A model generated the notes under the pieces. It had not been told where the DNA came from. It saw nothing but the letters and a program-made list of their open reading frames with translations, and made no database searches. This document shows, piece after piece, positions 60,369 through 64,000 of a DNA stretch of 64,000 nt (the stretch's first letter is position 1; the number at the start of each line of letters is the position of its first letter). This DNA is from Nitrospirota bacterium. GTDB taxonomy: Bacteria; Nitrospirota; Thermodesulfovibrionia; Thermodesulfovibrionales; Dissulfurispiraceae. The stretch covers positions 1-64,000 of the forward strand of contig CAVPZX010000002.1 of the NCBI GenBank assembly GCA_963710375.1, given 5' to 3'. A program made the position numbers and the translations under genes.

Positions 60369-60463
60369 TTAAAATGTTGAATTTTGGATGCTGAATTTTG
60401 AATTAAGGAAATTAAATTTTATTTTTTCCACAATTCAAAATTCAAAATTTAACATTCAAAATT
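60367..60463. repeat. Inverted array of TTGAATT/AATTCAA heptamers
   Basis: Left arm (TGAATTT-like)n, right arm (AATTCAA-like)n. Confidence 0.8.
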
Positions 60464-60473
60464 TGTTGACTTA

Positions 60474-61745
60474 CTAAATCTTTTTCCTCAAGAAAGTCGG
60501 AATATCGAAAACATCCTCAACAGGAAACACGGAATTATTTATTAATTCAGGATGCTCATTAATGTCCTGCTCCAAATGTTCCTGCCCGCTTGAAGCAGTC
60601 TGTTCCTTTGTCAAAGGAGGGGCTGAGGGAGCGGATACTTCGGGCTCTTTTGGATGTTGATATTCCTCCACATACTCTTTTGGGGTAATGCCGATGTTTT
60701 TTGACAATACTCTCTCAGAGCCTCTCAGGCAGACGGGATCTTTTTTCGGCGTCCACTTCCTGATCTGCGGCAATTCGGCCTTTTCAACCCTATCCTCAAG
60801 ACCTGTGGCGATTACCGTAACCTGCACACTGTTGTCCATATCAGGGTTTATGACCGCGCCAAGAATAATATTCGCATCATCATGAGATGAATCATGGATC
60901 AGCGATGCAGCCTCCTGAACAGAATCGAGTGACATGGTCAGACCGCCGGTGATATTGATCAGAATACCCTTTGCCCCTTCAATTGATGATTCTTCCAGGA
61001 GAGGGTTGGAGATCGCTTTTTTGGCGGCATCGAATGCACCCCTCTCGCCCTCTCCGCTGCCCATCCCTATCACTGCCCTGCCGGCTTTTTGCATTATCGC
61101 CTTAACATCCGCAAAATCAAGATTGATAAGACCTGGGATCAGTATCAAATCGGAAATCCCCTGTATCGCCTGTCTGAGGACATCATTTGCAATTGAGAAC
61201 GACTTCAGCAGTGGGGTGCCTTTTTCAACCACCAGATGTATCCGGTCATTGGGAATAACGATAAGCGTATCAACGCACTTTTTAAGCTCCCTTATTCCTT
61301 CTTCTCCATTCATGGCACGCTTTCTGCCTTCGTAGTAAAAGGGCCTGGTCACGATGCCGACGGTGAGAATGCCCAGCTCCTGCGCCAGATTGGCAATAAC
61401 CGGAGCAGCGCCGGTGCCTGTGCCTCCGCCCATACCGGCGGTAATAAATATCATATCTGCGCCTTCGATTACACTCATGAGGGAATTTTGATCATCGAGG
61501 GCCGCCTGCCTGCCTATAACAGGGTTTGACCCGGCCCCCAGTCCTTTAGTCAGCGATTCCCCGATCTGAACTTTTACAGGGGCCAGGGATGCTTCAAGGT
61601 GCTGCTTGTCCGTATTGACAGCAACGAATTCTATGCCGAAGATGTCGGCGGAGACCATACTGTTAATAGCATTCCCTCCGCCTCCGCCAACACCGATTAC
61701 CTTTATTTTCGCAACCAGCCTGCTCACTTCATCCAATTGAAACAT
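60474..61745 (-). CDS. ftsZ: Cell division protein FtsZ
   Basis: GGGTGTG, NLDFAD, C-terminal DIPTFLRK. Confidence 0.99.
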   Translation of the reverse strand: MFQLDEVSRLVAKIKVIGVGGGGGNAINSMVSADIFGIEFVAVNTDKQHLEASLAPVKVQIGESLTKGLGAGSNPVIGRQAALDDQNSLMSVIEGADMIFITAGMGGGTGTGAAPVIANLAQELGILTVGIVTRPFYYEGRKRAMNGEEGIRELKKCVDTLIVIPNDRIHLVVEKGTPLLKSFSIANDVLRQAIQGISDLILIPGLINLDFADVKAIMQKAGRAVIGMGSGEGERGAFDAAKKAISNPLLEESSIEGAKGILINITGGLTMSLDSVQEAASLIHDSSHDDANIILGAVINPDMDNSVQVTVIATGLEDRVEKAELPQIRKWTPKKDPVCLRGSERVLSKNIGITPKEYVEEYQHPKEPEVSAPSAPPLTKEQTASSGQEHLEQDINEHPELINNSVFPVEDVFDIPTFLRKKI

Positions 61746-61760
61746 AACAGCCTCCCATTT

Positions 61761-63062
61761 TCATTTTCCTCTTACAACCTTTCTGAACCAACCGGTCATT
61801 CTCGCAACAATTTTGTTGAAAACATTAGAAGAGAACATTGACCCTTCGGCCGGTATTAACGATTCGGCGCCGTATACTATGAGACCTATACCAGTTGCGT
61901 ATATAGGGGTATTGAATTCTCCCTTCAGCCCCTGAATGCGTGCACGCCCGCCATCGTTCCCCTGGTCCTCATGAGCCGCCCGCACCGGGTACCCGATCCT
62001 GACCGGCATGGACAGAATAGCCTCAGCCATCCTGTCAAAACCTGAAAGAAGCGACGAACCGCCGGTGAGTATAACCCCTGAAACAGCAACACCGTCCCCC
62101 TGAAACGACTGCATCTCCTGTCTGATAAGTTCAAGGAGTTCTTCGCTCCTCGGCTGCAGTATTTCGGAAATATATTTTCTGGGAATTGTACGCACCTGGC
62201 CGTCAATGGCAACAATATCTACCTCGGTCATCTCGCTCTTTTCAGATGAAGGGATCACCGCTGCCACGGTCCCAAATTTCTTTTTTATTCTCTCAGCCTC
62301 GGGAAAGGGCACCCTCAACCCGACAGAAATATCATTTGTAAAGTGATTACCCCCGATGCCCAATACCGCTGTATGCCTGAGCCATCCGTCTTTGTAAAGG
62401 GCTATATCGGTGGTGCCTCCCCCTATATCCACGAGCATAACGCCCATGTCCCGCTCATAGGAAGTAAGCGTGGCCTCTGCCGACGCAAGGGGCTGCAAAA
62501 CAATATCCACAACCTCAAGCCCTGCCCTTTCACAGCATTTCAGAAGGTTTTGCACTGAAGTGACCGCTCCGGTAACAATGTACACCTTTACTTCAAGTCT
62601 GACGCCGGCCATCCCGACAGGATCTTTTATCCCGTCCTGTCCATCGAGGATAAAATCCGTTGGAAGCACATGGAGTATTTCCCTGTCGAGAGGAACGTAT
62701 ACTGCGCTGGCTGAATCTATTGCCCTCTCCACATCCTCATGTGTCACTTCTTTTCCCTTGATACCGACTGCGCCATAGCTGTTGAAACTTTTTATATGGC
62801 TACCGGCGATTCCGACATATACCTCCCGAACACTCGTTCCGGTCATTTCTTCAATGTCGGCAACTGCCTTCTTTATAGAGTTTGCCGTGGCTTCAATGTC
62901 AATCACAACGCCTTTCTTCAGGCCGTTCGAAGGATGGCTGCTGACCGCAAGCACCGATATACCCTCTTCACTTACCTCGCCCATAATAGAGCATATCTTT
63001 GTCGTTCCAGCATCCAGTCCGACTATTATATTCCCGCTGTTAGTTCTTTTTCTTCTTTCCAT
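61761..63062 (-). CDS. ftsA: Cell division protein FtsA
   Basis: GLDAGTTK, DIGGGTTD, LTGG; adjacent to ftsZ. Confidence 0.97.
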   Translation of the reverse strand: MERRKRTNSGNIIVGLDAGTTKICSIMGEVSEEGISVLAVSSHPSNGLKKGVVIDIEATANSIKKAVADIEEMTGTSVREVYVGIAGSHIKSFNSYGAVGIKGKEVTHEDVERAIDSASAVYVPLDREILHVLPTDFILDGQDGIKDPVGMAGVRLEVKVYIVTGAVTSVQNLLKCCERAGLEVVDIVLQPLASAEATLTSYERDMGVMLVDIGGGTTDIALYKDGWLRHTAVLGIGGNHFTNDISVGLRVPFPEAERIKKKFGTVAAVIPSSEKSEMTEVDIVAIDGQVRTIPRKYISEILQPRSEELLELIRQEMQSFQGDGVAVSGVILTGGSSLLSGFDRMAEAILSMPVRIGYPVRAAHEDQGNDGGRARIQGLKGEFNTPIYATGIGLIVYGAESLIPAEGSMFSSNVFNKIVARMTGWFRKVVRGK

Positions 63063-63837
63063 TATGCGCCGCCTCTGTTGTCTCGCTGCCACCGGCCTCC
63101 TGTTGCACGGGTTTAACAATGATTTTATTAGCAAACCTGAGATCTATATACTGAACAGTCATGTTTCTTTTCTGTATTTCATCTCTCACAAAAGCAAGTC
63201 TCTCCAGTTTCTTCTCAAAATCACCCATACCAACCTTGATCATCATTGTATCAACGTTCAGGGTAATATCTTCGGGTCTCTGTCCCGTAATTTCAACATT
63301 ACCATTATATGATACCACTCTTTTATCATAAAGGACCCCTGCAAGCCTGACTGCCTCAGCATAGGTTTCCCTGTTACTGACAGGGTCAATGCCTTTTATG
63401 ATAGGCAGAAGCAATATAGATCCTTCTTTCATCTGTTCGAGCATTACGCCCTCGTTATCTATCAAAAAAGGTTTACCAGCCATGCTCAGCAATGCAACCG
63501 GTGTTCGTTCTGTTACCTTAATACGGACCATGCCGGATAATTCTTTCCTGACCACGGCATCTTTTATCCACGGAGAATGCTTAAGGCCCTGGTAAATATC
63601 TCTGCCGGAAACACCAAACAGTTCACTGTTTGTTCTGATCTTACACAGCGCGCTCAACTCTTCATTTTTAAGATGGTGATTTCCTATGAAGACTATTTCG
63701 GTCACATGTAAAAGACGCATTATGAGAAAAAAAACAGCAAGGCACAGTACAGCGGCGAACAAGGGGGGTATAATAACAAAATAGAATCGCTTCTTTTCTT
63801 TCTTCCTCTGTAATGTCCTTATATTCCGTCTCGCCAT
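63040..63837 (-). CDS. ftsQ: Cell division protein FtsQ/DivIB
   Basis: TM, POTRA domain, YIDLRF; position in the dcw cluster. Confidence 0.9.
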   Translation of the reverse strand: MARRNIRTLQRKKEKKRFYFVIIPPLFAAVLCLAVFFLIMRLLHVTEIVFIGNHHLKNEELSALCKIRTNSELFGVSGRDIYQGLKHSPWIKDAVVRKELSGMVRIKVTERTPVALLSMAGKPFLIDNEGVMLEQMKEGSILLLPIIKGIDPVSNRETYAEAVRLAGVLYDKRVVSYNGNVEITGQRPEDITLNVDTMMIKVGMGDFEKKLERLAFVRDEIQKRNMTVQYIDLRFANKIIVKPVQQEAGGSETTEAAHNGKKKKN

Positions 63838-63907
63838 TTACCTTTAATCCCCCTTCCCCTTTAGAAAAAGAGAGACGCCGGGGGATTCTGCCATGAATTT
63901 GCAAAAA

Positions 63908-64000
63908 TCAAACTTTTAACCGGTACGCATTTCCATCCCCATATAGCGACAATGCAAGTATCCTCTCAATAAGGTCCGGGAAGTCTATTCCGGCCAGCTT
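63908..64000 (-). CDS. ddl: 3' end of D-alanine--D-alanine ligase (partial)
   Basis: KLAGIDFPDLIERIL; directly upstream of ftsQ. Confidence 0.75.
   Translation of the reverse strand, partial: KLAGIDFPDLIERILALSLYGDGNAYRLKV

Noticed and set aside
164..63904. Numerous antisense or alternate-frame ORFs of 60-230 aa
   Set aside because: They overlap well-supported genes and show no recognisable motifs

Overview
Window from an anaerobic bacterium; gene content and order (dksA-ihfA-merR-tRNA-Pro, ddl-ftsQ-ftsA-ftsZ, nifJ, octaheme cytochrome) suggest Nitrospirota/Thermodesulfovibrionia-like (inference). Housekeeping blocks alternate with accessory DNA. Main observations read from the sequence: (1) a 3455-bp non-autonomous Tn7-like element (13221-16675) with TGT..ACA ends, a 5-bp TTCAG target duplication, repeated putative TnsB sites and a single kinase-less Cache/PAS sensor as cargo; (2) a 7.5-kb module (aor-SCP2-adh-SCP2 facing SBP-thiolase-DUF3786) bounded by two near-identical inward-facing promoters with a LiuR-like pseudo-palindrome; (3) an IS481-like element with a 6-bp TSD, asymmetric tips and a stop codon supplied by the target; (4) a MITE-like element that supplies the start codon of yciH; (5) toxin-antitoxin remnants, a tRNA-Pro-linked islet with a C4-dicarboxylate cluster, and two heptamer-repeat hairpins. 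No CRISPR array, rRNA or intact prophage was found. Protein family calls come from motif recognition only, not database searches.
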